From: Campylobacteraceae bacterium
GTDB lineage: Bacteria > Campylobacterota > Campylobacteria > Campylobacterales > Sulfurovaceae
Assembly (NCBI GenBank): GCA_026982175.1
Contig: JALSHP010000357.1
Coordinates: forward strand, 1-43,146
DNA: 43,146 bases
Direction of reading: 5' to 3'
Part shown: one piece after another, positions 18,310-26,885 of the stretch
How the letters are laid out: each line of letters starts with the position of its first letter
Position numbering within the stretch: position 1 is the first letter of the stretch
Made by a program: the position numbers and the translations under genes
The notes under the pieces: generated by a model
Databases searched by the model: none
Told to the model about the DNA's origin: nothing
Seen by the model: only the letters and a program-made list of their open reading frames with translations

Positions 18310-18398
18310 AAAGTATTATACAAATAGATGATGTTCTATTTTTCTAATATTTTCTTCGTGTAATCACTCAAAATATAATTCACTCCCAAGGTATCAAT

Positions 18399-19373
18399 AT
18401 GATCTCTTCATTCGTAATCACAGGTTTTTTAGGTGTAGGTAAAACTACCATGTTAACAAATAGCGTTAAAGAAAACTTTGCTGACAAAAAGATTGCCATT
18501 ATTGTCAATGAGTTTGGTGACATTGGGGTCGATAGTAAAGTCCTCCAAAATGTTCACTCTGAAGTCCTTGAAATTTCAGAAGGGTGTATCTGTTGTCAAT
18601 TGGCACAAGAGTTTGAAGCAGGTGTTGCTGAAATCATTCAAAAGTATGACCCAGAGATTATTTTTGTGGAGACTTCGGGAGCATCTGAGCCTTTTCCTAT
18701 TTTTCTCTCTTTGCAAAATATGGGTATCTCTGTTGATGGGGTTATCTGTGTGATTGATAGTAAAAATTTTGATACTTATAAAGATAACTCAACTTCAAAA
18801 TATCAACTCGGTGGTTCAAATATTATTGTTCTCAATAAAATGGACTTGGTCAATGAAGATGAGATTAAAGTCTTAGAAGCTGACATAGCAAATATTAAAG
18901 AAGAGTATAATATTAAAAATACACTAACAGGTGAGCCTATATTCAAAAACTATGTGACCCATAGAGCAGAGCAGGGCTTGGTAGGTAGAGAGCTTTTTGA
19001 GGGTGTTTATAAAGTTGAAGAGGTATTAGAACTTGCACAAGATGCTAAACACCTAGACCATACCCTCAAAGACTCCATTACGCAAAAGGTAGCTTACTTA
19101 AAAGAAGATATTAATTTTGATGATGTAGACCAAATACTTAAAAATATTCCAGAGTCTATTTATAGGGTTAAAGGGATTGTCAAAGTAAAAGATGTGCCTA
19201 ATGCAATTTTTGTCAATTACTCATTTGGAGATGCCTCTTTTGAAGAGTTACTTGACTATAAAGAGAAGTCTTTACTTATCTTTATTGGTGAAAATGTGGA
19301 TGAAGAGGTCAATGCATTAAGTAAAAAGTTTGATATTTTGAACGTTCCGAAGTTTTCTATCTCTAAAAGCTAA
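18399..19373 (+). CDS. CobW/COG0523-family (G3E) metallochaperone GTPase
   Basis: ITGFLGVGKTT, IIVNEFGDIGVD, GCICC, VETSG, LNKMD, C-terminal IYRVKG. Confidence 0.92.
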   Translation: MISSFVITGFLGVGKTTMLTNSVKENFADKKIAIIVNEFGDIGVDSKVLQNVHSEVLEISEGCICCQLAQEFEAGVAEIIQKYDPEIIFVETSGASEPFPIFLSLQNMGISVDGVICVIDSKNFDTYKDNSTSKYQLGGSNIIVLNKMDLVNEDEIKVLEADIANIKEEYNIKNTLTGEPIFKNYVTHRAEQGLVGRELFEGVYKVEEVLELAQDAKHLDHTLKDSITQKVAYLKEDINFDDVDQILKNIPESIYRVKGIVKVKDVPNAIFVNYSFGDASFEELLDYKEKSLLIFIGENVDEEVNALSKKFDILNVPKFSISKS

Positions 19374-19432
19374 AATATAAAAGTTTATAAGCTTTTATAT
19401 TGATTTGATGTCAGTATAGTAACTGACATCAA
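19374..19432. terminator. Two tandem hairpins between convergent genes (probable bidirectional terminator)
   Basis: AATATAAAAG/CTTTTATATT (19374-19401) and TTGATGTCAGT/ACTGACATCAA (19405-19432). Confidence 0.65.
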
Positions 19433-19435
19433 GTA

Positions 19436-21139
19436 TTATTTCTCTTCTCTCTCTTCACAATCATCAGGTAACATCGCTTTGGCATTGTCCATTAGAACAG
19501 GTACAAAAAGTAGTGATACAAATACAGCAGCTACCGTACCAGAGATAAGGGCAACTCCTAGTCCACCAAAGATTGGGTCACCTGCGAGTAGGGCAGAACC
19601 TAAGATGATGGCAACAGCAGTTAAGAAAATTGGGGTGGCTCGTGTGGCTGATGCTTTAGCAATCGCCTCTTTCTTCTCCATCCCCTCATTTTTAATGAGT
19701 CCCATAGCGTAGTCAATTAAAAGTAATGAGTTTCTTGAACTAATTCCCATGAGTGCAATGAATCCAATGAGTGAAGTAGCTGTCAAGAAGAATGTTTCAG
19801 TGGTAACAATGTCAGCAACCCAATGTCCTAAAATAACCCCAATGAGTGAGAGGAATGAACCTCCTAAGATAATACCACTTAAGGCAAAACTCTTATAGTA
19901 GATAACCAATAAGAAGAAGATAAGTACTAAGGCCGCAATAAAGGCAGCACCTAGGTCTCTAAAGGTATCGAGTGTTACTTTCATCTCTCCATCCCATCGT
20001 AAGAGATATTTAGCACCTGTTATTTTATGAACCAACTCTAAGTCAAACATATAGGTAGAAAAAGGTGCATTGGTAACGGTATACGCTTTTGAGAAGTACT
20101 CCACCATCTTTTCACGTGCATCGAGTAGTGGATAAACTTGTGATACATTGTCGGTCTCAGCGATGACATTAATCATACGTTTTAAATCTTTGTGCATAAT
20201 CATAGGAGTAGAGTTTACTTTTATAATCTGTACTACTTCAGTTAAAGGAATCATTAAGCCTTGTCTATTCATAAGTGTAAGTGAAGAGAGCTTTGATTTA
20301 ATAGCATCTTTAGAGCTATCACGTAAGCGTCGGGTTTTATCACTTAATACTAAATAAATAGGTGTTTGTACTGAACGATGTTCAGAGTTTTTAGTAGCAA
20401 CTACCATTCCTTGAAAGGCGAGATATAAGATGTTATTAACCTGCTCAATGCCTAATTTTAACTTTGCAATTTTTTCAATATCTGGAAGAAGTTGATACTT
20501 TTTATAAATATCATCCGCCATAATATCAACATCCACAAGGTCTTTGGTCTCTTTAAAAATATTGGCAACTTCAACGGCTATTCTTCTTGTTTGGGGAATA
20601 TCCTCACCATGTACTTCAAGAACAATTTGTGCTAATGTAGGAGGTCCAGAGGGTTGCTCAATCATTTTAATAACCGTACCAGGAACAAGGTTTTGGCAAG
20701 TCTCTTGTATCATAGGACGTAATCGACTAATCATGAGAAATGATGCCTCTTCTCGTTCATGAATTGGGGTAAGATTAACAGATATTTCTGCCACATTTTC
20801 TGTTCTCTTCATAAGAGAACCTTTTACTAGCCCTGCATAATCTAAAGGAATTCCTTGTCCATAAAAAATAGACATATCAAGAATCTCTTTTTCATTTCTT
20901 AGAATATTGGTAACACAACTGGTCACTTTTTTCGTCTGTTCGATGGAACTAGCCGTAGGGGTGTCAACATAAATAGAGTAGGTAGTGGCACTTTTCCCTG
21001 GTAACATTCTTGCCAATACTCCCCCTGTCGGAAACATAAGAAGTGAGGCAAAAAATGCAAAAATAGTTAAAGCAATCACCATGGTTTTTCTAAATTTACT
21101 GGTTAAAATCCAGTAGACAAACGTTTCTAATCTCTCCAT
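19436..21139 (-). CDS. RND (AcrB/AcrD/AcrF family) transporter, C-terminal half
   Basis: One N-terminal TM, periplasmic domain (PSGPP), WDGE, C-terminal TMs with SLIGFIALMGISSRNSLLLID and RATPIFLTA. Confidence 0.9.
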   Translation of the reverse strand: MERLETFVYWILTSKFRKTMVIALTIFAFFASLLMFPTGGVLARMLPGKSATTYSIYVDTPTASSIEQTKKVTSCVTNILRNEKEILDMSIFYGQGIPLDYAGLVKGSLMKRTENVAEISVNLTPIHEREEASFLMISRLRPMIQETCQNLVPGTVIKMIEQPSGPPTLAQIVLEVHGEDIPQTRRIAVEVANIFKETKDLVDVDIMADDIYKKYQLLPDIEKIAKLKLGIEQVNNILYLAFQGMVVATKNSEHRSVQTPIYLVLSDKTRRLRDSSKDAIKSKLSSLTLMNRQGLMIPLTEVVQIIKVNSTPMIMHKDLKRMINVIAETDNVSQVYPLLDAREKMVEYFSKAYTVTNAPFSTYMFDLELVHKITGAKYLLRWDGEMKVTLDTFRDLGAAFIAALVLIFFLLVIYYKSFALSGIILGGSFLSLIGVILGHWVADIVTTETFFLTATSLIGFIALMGISSRNSLLLIDYAMGLIKNEGMEKKEAIAKASATRATPIFLTAVAIILGSALLAGDPIFGGLGVALISGTVAAVFVSLLFVPVLMDNAKAMLPDDCEEREEK

Positions 21140-22843
21140 CTATTTTTCCTCTTTTGTTGTTTTTGTCTGTTCATCATGTTTCTCTGTATGGTGTTCACCT
21201 TGACATATCTCACAAATTCCATAAGGATTATGTTCCATGTCATGAGATTCATCATGCTCTGGTTTTTTTAAAAGTTTTAAACTTAAATATGGGGTGAAAA
21301 TATAAGCAACAACGAGTGATGCAAAGAGTGCCACAGGAACATTGTAAGGAATTGGTTTCATAAATGAACCCATCATTCCTCCAACAAATGCCATAGGAAC
21401 CATGGTCATAATAATGGCTAAAGTTGCAATGTTAGTAGGTCCTCCAACTTCATCAGTTGCTTCAACAAGTAATGCCCCCATTTCTTTATCTTTAGCTTCT
21501 GGACTATGTAAATGACGGTGTATATTTTCAATAACAATAATAGCTGCATCAACCAAGAGACCCAAAGAGAGCAAGAAGGCAAATAGCGTAATTCTATTCA
21601 TTGTCTGACCTGTCATATAGGCGATAAAGAGGGTAATGGCTAAAATAGCAGGTACAGAGAAGGTAACAATCAGTGATTCTCTCCAACCTAAGGCAAACAC
21701 GAGCATAATCGCAATAATAATAATGGTAATAACCAAGTGGTGCATCAACTCATCTACTGCGGCATTGGCTCTTTGACCATAATCTCTTGTTTTACGGTAC
21801 TCAATGCCCAACTTCTCAAAGTGAGGTTTCTCCTCATCAATGAGCTTCATGACATCTTGTGCAACAAAAACGGCATTGGTTCCTGCTAGTTTTGAGACAG
21901 AGAGGGTAAGTTGTCCAATATTGGCACTTAGTGGTTTAGATAAATCATTATTAGGTCGATAGATAAGTTCAACATCTTGAAAGTTCTGTTTGTCAATACC
22001 TTTTTCAACTTTGGCAACATCTCTTAGATAGACAGGTGAGTCTCGATAAGAGGTCACCATAACACTCTCAATATCCTTGGTGCTATGAATGGCGTTGGAG
22101 ACACCAAAGAAAACAAGTTGATTGCCATTGGTTCGTCCTTTAACTTCAGGAACATTGACGGCGAGTTGTTTAACAGCGGTCATAATCTGTCCCATAGAGA
22201 GGTGATAGGCTGAGAGTTTATTAACATCTACTTCAATGTTGTATTGCTCTTTGTGTGCTCCTGAAATGGTTGTTTTTGCAACATTCTCAATACTGTTTAT
22301 TTTATGTTTTAGTTTTCGTATCTCTTCATTAAACTCTACTAAGGAGAGTTTAGAGTTTGCATTTCTATAAAAAGCAATAGAGATAATAGGAACATCAATA
22401 TCTATGTCAAAAGGCTTGATGAGAGGTTGTTTTGCTCCTTGAGGCATTTGATCCATATTTTGCATTACTTTGTCGTAAAGTTTCAAGTTGGAATCTTCTC
22501 TGTTCTCACCAATATAATACATCACATTAACAATACCGACATTGTTCATGGAAGTACTATAAACATGTTGAATCCCTTGAACCTCTCTAAGCTTTTTTTC
22601 GAGTGGTTTAGAGATGATGTTTTCAATCTCTAAAGGGGTAGCCCCTGGCATTACAACCATAATTCCTCCACCCGAGATAGCGATTTGTGGGTCTTCTTCC
22701 CTTGGCATTGTTGAAAGGGCTATCCAACCCAATGCCAAAATGACAATGCCTAAAACAGCTGTTAAAGGGTTCCGTAAAAACGCTTGACCTAATTTCCCTG
22801 CCACATCTTTAACGACGTAAGGCTCTTTGACTTCTTTTCCCAT
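21140..22843 (-). CDS. RND (AcrB family) transporter, N-terminal half with His/Cys-rich tail
   Basis: MPREEDPQI, PGATPLEIE, NRITLFAFLLSLGLLVDAAIIVIENIHRH, GMMGSFMKPIP. Confidence 0.9.
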   Translation of the reverse strand: MGKEVKEPYVVKDVAGKLGQAFLRNPLTAVLGIVILALGWIALSTMPREEDPQIAISGGGIMVVMPGATPLEIENIISKPLEKKLREVQGIQHVYSTSMNNVGIVNVMYYIGENREDSNLKLYDKVMQNMDQMPQGAKQPLIKPFDIDIDVPIISIAFYRNANSKLSLVEFNEEIRKLKHKINSIENVAKTTISGAHKEQYNIEVDVNKLSAYHLSMGQIMTAVKQLAVNVPEVKGRTNGNQLVFFGVSNAIHSTKDIESVMVTSYRDSPVYLRDVAKVEKGIDKQNFQDVELIYRPNNDLSKPLSANIGQLTLSVSKLAGTNAVFVAQDVMKLIDEEKPHFEKLGIEYRKTRDYGQRANAAVDELMHHLVITIIIIAIMLVFALGWRESLIVTFSVPAILAITLFIAYMTGQTMNRITLFAFLLSLGLLVDAAIIVIENIHRHLHSPEAKDKEMGALLVEATDEVGGPTNIATLAIIMTMVPMAFVGGMMGSFMKPIPYNVPVALFASLVVAYIFTPYLSLKLLKKPEHDESHDMEHNPYGICEICQGEHHTEKHDEQTKTTKEEK

Positions 22844-22845
22844 TG

Positions 22846-23637
22846 TTAACCTTTTATGTGCACTTTAGCATACATGCCTGGATAGATTGACTTCTTTTTA
22901 GAGTCAAATTTAATTTTCATTTTAAACTTATGGGTCATTGGATTAGAGCTTGGAATAATCGAATAGATTTTTCCTGTGCTTTTAAACCCTGTAGAGGGTA
23001 TCTCTATATCAATAACTTTTCCTAGTCTCATATACTTAATATTATCTTCTGATATTTCAACAATAATACTAAGCTTTGAAAGGTCGGTTAAAATGACACC
23101 AGGCATTCCAGGTATTGCCATCTCTCCCACTGAGAGTTTTTTGGCAATAATCACTCCTGTGTTTGGTGCTCTTAGTTTAAGATAATTATACTGATTAAGC
23201 ACCTCTTTTTTCATTGCTTTTGCTTGTGCTACTTGTTTTTTAGCAATTTGTACCATATCTTCCATATTGGTAGCACCCAATTCTAAATTTTCTAGCTCAT
23301 ATTTTGAAACCATACCTTTTTTAAATAGGCGTTGGTATCGACCTAAATTTAACAAGATATTTGAGTATTGATTTTTGTTCATCTGTAAAGCAAGTTGTGC
23401 TTGTGAAATGGCTAAATTGACTTGCTCTTTTTTTGAATCAATCTCTTTTGAATCAATCTCATAAAGGAGTTGACCCTTTTTAACAATGTCACCCTCTGCG
23501 ACATGCATTTTTTTTACAATTCCCATGTATCGGCTTGTAATCATTTTTTGATTGTCAGATATTACAGAACCTGATAAATCAAGTTCGATAGAGTAAAGTA
23601 GGTTTAGTCCTAATATCATGATGGTTAATATTCTCAT
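22846..23637 (-). CDS. RND efflux membrane fusion (periplasmic adaptor) protein
   Basis: Lipoyl-like halves (VAEGDIVKKGQLL; LRAPNTGVI) flanking a coiled coil; PGMYAKV. Confidence 0.92.
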   Translation of the reverse strand: MRILTIMILGLNLLYSIELDLSGSVISDNQKMITSRYMGIVKKMHVAEGDIVKKGQLLYEIDSKEIDSKKEQVNLAISQAQLALQMNKNQYSNILLNLGRYQRLFKKGMVSKYELENLELGATNMEDMVQIAKKQVAQAKAMKKEVLNQYNYLKLRAPNTGVIIAKKLSVGEMAIPGMPGVILTDLSKLSIIVEISEDNIKYMRLGKVIDIEIPSTGFKSTGKIYSIIPSSNPMTHKFKMKIKFDSKKKSIYPGMYAKVHIKG

Positions 23638-25010
23638 TATATTTCTCCTTGGTTAAGTATGCTTCTAAGTTCAAAAACTTTGGCATTTCGGTCATTTTTT
23701 GCAGTTAAGAGTTTGAGAAGTACCTCTAACTCTTTGGATTGTTTTATCAGTACATCAGAGATGGATGTTATGCCCTCTTTATAACGTTCTTGATAGTTTT
23801 CATAAACTTGTGATGCAAAGGTTAATTGGCTTTCAAGACTCATAATCTCTGCGGTTTTACTTTTTGCTTCAGTTTGTAATTTGGCAATTTTCAAGCCAAT
23901 TCCTTTTTGGGCTAAATTAACTTGGTCACGCACTTTTAGGTTCTCAACTTTTGCTTTTTCTAAATTATGTTTGTCAATATTACCATTAAAAAGATTCCAC
24001 TCTAGTTGTACGCCTACAGTATAAAAATCTTTGTCGATGAAATCATTGAAAGGTTTATCATCCGATGAGCCATACTCTCCAAATGCACCAACTGTGGGTA
24101 AAAAATCTGCTTTTTTGGTCTCTATGACCATATCGGTAATCTCTACGCCTAGCTTTGCTTTTTGAATATCTAGATTATTGGCTAAAAACTCTTCAACGTT
24201 TATTTCTGGCATCGCTAGACTCTCTGTAGTGTCAATAATAGAAGTAACATTTTGATTGAGTAAAAAAGAGAGATATTGGTAGGCTAATTCTTTGTTATAA
24301 TTTGCTTGGGTGAGCATACTTTGAGCTTCTGCTTTGCGTGTTTGTACCTCTAAAATATCTATCTCTTTGGCAAACCCTTCCTCTTGCATACTCATAACAA
24401 TGTTTTCTAATTGCTCAATATTAGAGAGTATATTGCTTAAGTTTTGAATATATTGATTGATAAGAGAAATGTCATAAAAGGTTTTACTGGTTTGAAATAT
24501 TTTTTCATTAAGTATTTTAGAGCTATCGAGTTGGCTCATGTGTTCTAATGCCTTGGTTATTTTCCCATATTGTTCTAGTTTCCCAGCAGTATAGAGTGGC
24601 ACCATATAGCTAATGGTCGTTTGAAAATGATTTCTTGCATCAGGGTAGTTTAAATCTTTAGGTTGAACAGGTAGTGGATTTGTTTGCCCTGACATATCAA
24701 ACTCTGAAAATCCAAAATCCCCAAATGCCGCTTCACGACTTTTAAGTTTAAATCCAAAAATATTTCCTGCATCATTGGAGCGTAAGGCTTGAAGATTAAG
24801 ATCAACCTTACCATATTTATGTCCTGAAGCACTTTTTGCTTCATAAGTTTTAATTTGTTCATTAAATTTAGAAATTTTTAACTCTAGGTTATTCTTTTTC
24901 ATAATTTTTAATGCTTCATCTAAGGAGAGGTTTTTAATCTCATGGGCATGTAAGCTACTTGTAAGTACCAAGACTATTGATAAGAGCGTTATGCTTTTTT
25001 TAATATACAT
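23637..25010 (-). CDS. TolC-family outer membrane efflux protein
   Basis: Signal peptide, LSLDEALK...NN, PLYTAGK, FLPTV, WNLFNG, RYKEG; upstream of the MFP and RND genes. Confidence 0.9.
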   Translation of the reverse strand: MYIKKSITLLSIVLVLTSSLHAHEIKNLSLDEALKIMKKNNLELKISKFNEQIKTYEAKSASGHKYGKVDLNLQALRSNDAGNIFGFKLKSREAAFGDFGFSEFDMSGQTNPLPVQPKDLNYPDARNHFQTTISYMVPLYTAGKLEQYGKITKALEHMSQLDSSKILNEKIFQTSKTFYDISLINQYIQNLSNILSNIEQLENIVMSMQEEGFAKEIDILEVQTRKAEAQSMLTQANYNKELAYQYLSFLLNQNVTSIIDTTESLAMPEINVEEFLANNLDIQKAKLGVEITDMVIETKKADFLPTVGAFGEYGSSDDKPFNDFIDKDFYTVGVQLEWNLFNGNIDKHNLEKAKVENLKVRDQVNLAQKGIGLKIAKLQTEAKSKTAEIMSLESQLTFASQVYENYQERYKEGITSISDVLIKQSKELEVLLKLLTAKNDRNAKVFELRSILNQGEI

Positions 25011-25095
25011 AAGTAATCCTTTAATGGAATAAGTTTAAATTATTAAAATTATAATTAAATGTTGTTAAAATCAGTTGAAATGATTAAAATTACTT

Positions 25096-25121
25096 ATGAT
25101 ATAGTAATATTATTATATCAT
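25096..25121. promoter_or_regulatory. 26-bp near-perfect palindrome, candidate operator of the efflux operon
   Basis: ATGATATAGTAATATTATTATATCAT, 12 of 13 pairs complementary, ~85 bp upstream of the tolC start. Confidence 0.5.
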
Positions 25122-25232
25122 TATTAATGTTAAATTATAATTTTTATTGATACTTAAAAATTTATAATAAGAAAAAGTAGATTAAAAGTGAGTTTATTTA
25201 AAGTAAAGTGAGAATAAATAGAGGAAATAGTT

Positions 25233-25266
25233 AAAAGAAAGAGCCTCTCTTTTGAAAGACTCTTCT
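25233..25266 (-). terminator. Terminator of rpsA-serA
   Basis: Minus strand GAGTCTTTC-AAAA-GAGAGGCTC (with G-U pairs) followed by TTTCTTTT. Confidence 0.7.
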
Positions 25267-25283
25267 ATTTTTAAAGTATTAAA

Positions 25284-26873
25284 TTAAATGGTAACATAGT
25301 TGACACTAATACAAGCATCAAGTTTTGAAAGTTCGCTAATAACTTCTTTTGTAATGGTGTTGTCAATATTGACGACAGCTAAAGCGTGAGATTTATTATC
25401 TCTACCAAGTCTAAAGTCTGCAATGTTGAGTCCATGAGATGAAACAATACGACCTACATCACCAATGACACCAGGAACATCGGTATTTCTAAAGAAAATT
25501 AAATTTCCTTTTGGCTCTAAGTCTAGTTTATAGCCATCAATGTCCATAATACGTAAAGTTTGCTCACCAAATACTGTTCCTGCAATAAAGAAGTCACCGC
25601 TGTCAGTAGTTACTTTAAGGCTCACTTTATTAGTGAGTCCAGAGTTATTAACAGCAGTCTCTTTGATAAGCTTTATGTTACGTTCTTGGGCAACAAACTC
25701 TGCGTTAACATAGTTCACTTTGTCTTGAAGTGATTCGCTAAGTACACCTACAGTAGCAAAGGTAGAAAGCGATTCTAAATAGTCAGAAACATCCCCTTTA
25801 GTTGTTACTTTAATGCTTTTGACTTTATCACGTGTAACTTGTGCCGCAATATTTCCCATCTTTTGAATAAGCTCTAAGTAAGGACGTAGAAAGTCAGGAA
25901 GTTCACTCTCTTTAATAGGCAAGTTTAAAGCATTAGGATAGGCAATGTTTTTAGCTGCTTCAATGGCATTAGATGCTGCTTGAATGGCAATGTTTTGTTG
26001 AGACTCTTTAGTGTTCGCCCCTAAGTGAGGAGTAACAGTAACATTGTCTAAGTCTAAAAGAGGATGGTCAATGGCTGGTTCTTTGTTAAAAACATCAATC
26101 CCTGCCATGTGAATTTTACCAGAAGTTAAGCCTTCGAGTAGGGCATCTTCATTAAAAAGTCCCCCTCTAGCACAGTTAATCAGTACCACACCATCTTTCA
26201 TCTTTGCAATTTCAGCTTTGTCAATGATGCCTAAGGTCTCTTTGTTTTTAGGGGTGTGAATCGTAATAATGTCACAGGCTAAAATATCATCAAAGTTTTT
26301 AGTGTAAGCAATATCCATATCAGTGGCTTTTCTAGGGTCAATGTAAGGGTCATAGGCAACTACATCCATCTCAAATGCTTTGGCTCTTTTTCCTACACGT
26401 GAACCAATGTTTCCAAAACCAATGATTCCTAATTTTTTACCGTAGAGTTCAGTACCATACCAATCTTGTCGTCTCCAAACTCGGTCTAACTTAAGATTGT
26501 TATGGGCATAAGGAAATTGACGAACACATGAAAGCATATGCGTGAGGGTAAGCTCAACAGCTGCAATGGTATTAGCAGTTGGTACGTTCATTACAACAAT
26601 ACCTTTTTTGCTACAACCCTCAATGTCAACATTGTCTACACCAACACCTGCACGAACAACAGATTTTATTTTATGAGCATTCTCCAAAAAGAATTGGTCA
26701 ACATCAGTAGAAGAACGGGTAATGGCAACATCAGCAAGAGGAATAATTTCTGTGATGAGCTTTTCTTTAGGCTCATCAGCAGCATTAATAAGGTTTATAT
26801 CGGCATCATTTGCGAGAATATCCAAGCCTTTTTGGTGGATATGGTCGCAAACTACAATGGTAATTTTAGACAT
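25284..26873 (-). CDS. serA: D-3-phosphoglycerate dehydrogenase
   Basis: RAGVGVDNVD, GFGNIG, INCARGG, TPHLGANT, C-terminal ACT domain (DVPGVIG). Confidence 0.96.
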   Translation of the reverse strand: MSKITIVVCDHIHQKGLDILANDADINLINAADEPKEKLITEIIPLADVAITRSSTDVDQFFLENAHKIKSVVRAGVGVDNVDIEGCSKKGIVVMNVPTANTIAAVELTLTHMLSCVRQFPYAHNNLKLDRVWRRQDWYGTELYGKKLGIIGFGNIGSRVGKRAKAFEMDVVAYDPYIDPRKATDMDIAYTKNFDDILACDIITIHTPKNKETLGIIDKAEIAKMKDGVVLINCARGGLFNEDALLEGLTSGKIHMAGIDVFNKEPAIDHPLLDLDNVTVTPHLGANTKESQQNIAIQAASNAIEAAKNIAYPNALNLPIKESELPDFLRPYLELIQKMGNIAAQVTRDKVKSIKVTTKGDVSDYLESLSTFATVGVLSESLQDKVNYVNAEFVAQERNIKLIKETAVNNSGLTNKVSLKVTTDSGDFFIAGTVFGEQTLRIMDIDGYKLDLEPKGNLIFFRNTDVPGVIGDVGRIVSSHGLNIADFRLGRDNKSHALAVVNIDNTITKEVISELSKLDACISVNYVTI

Positions 26874-26885
26874 TAATAGCAGTTC

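Noticed and set aside
19436-22843. RND gene as a nonsense pseudogene
   Set aside because: The break is at the domain boundary, the second half has its own RBS and both halves look intact; disfavoured but not excluded.
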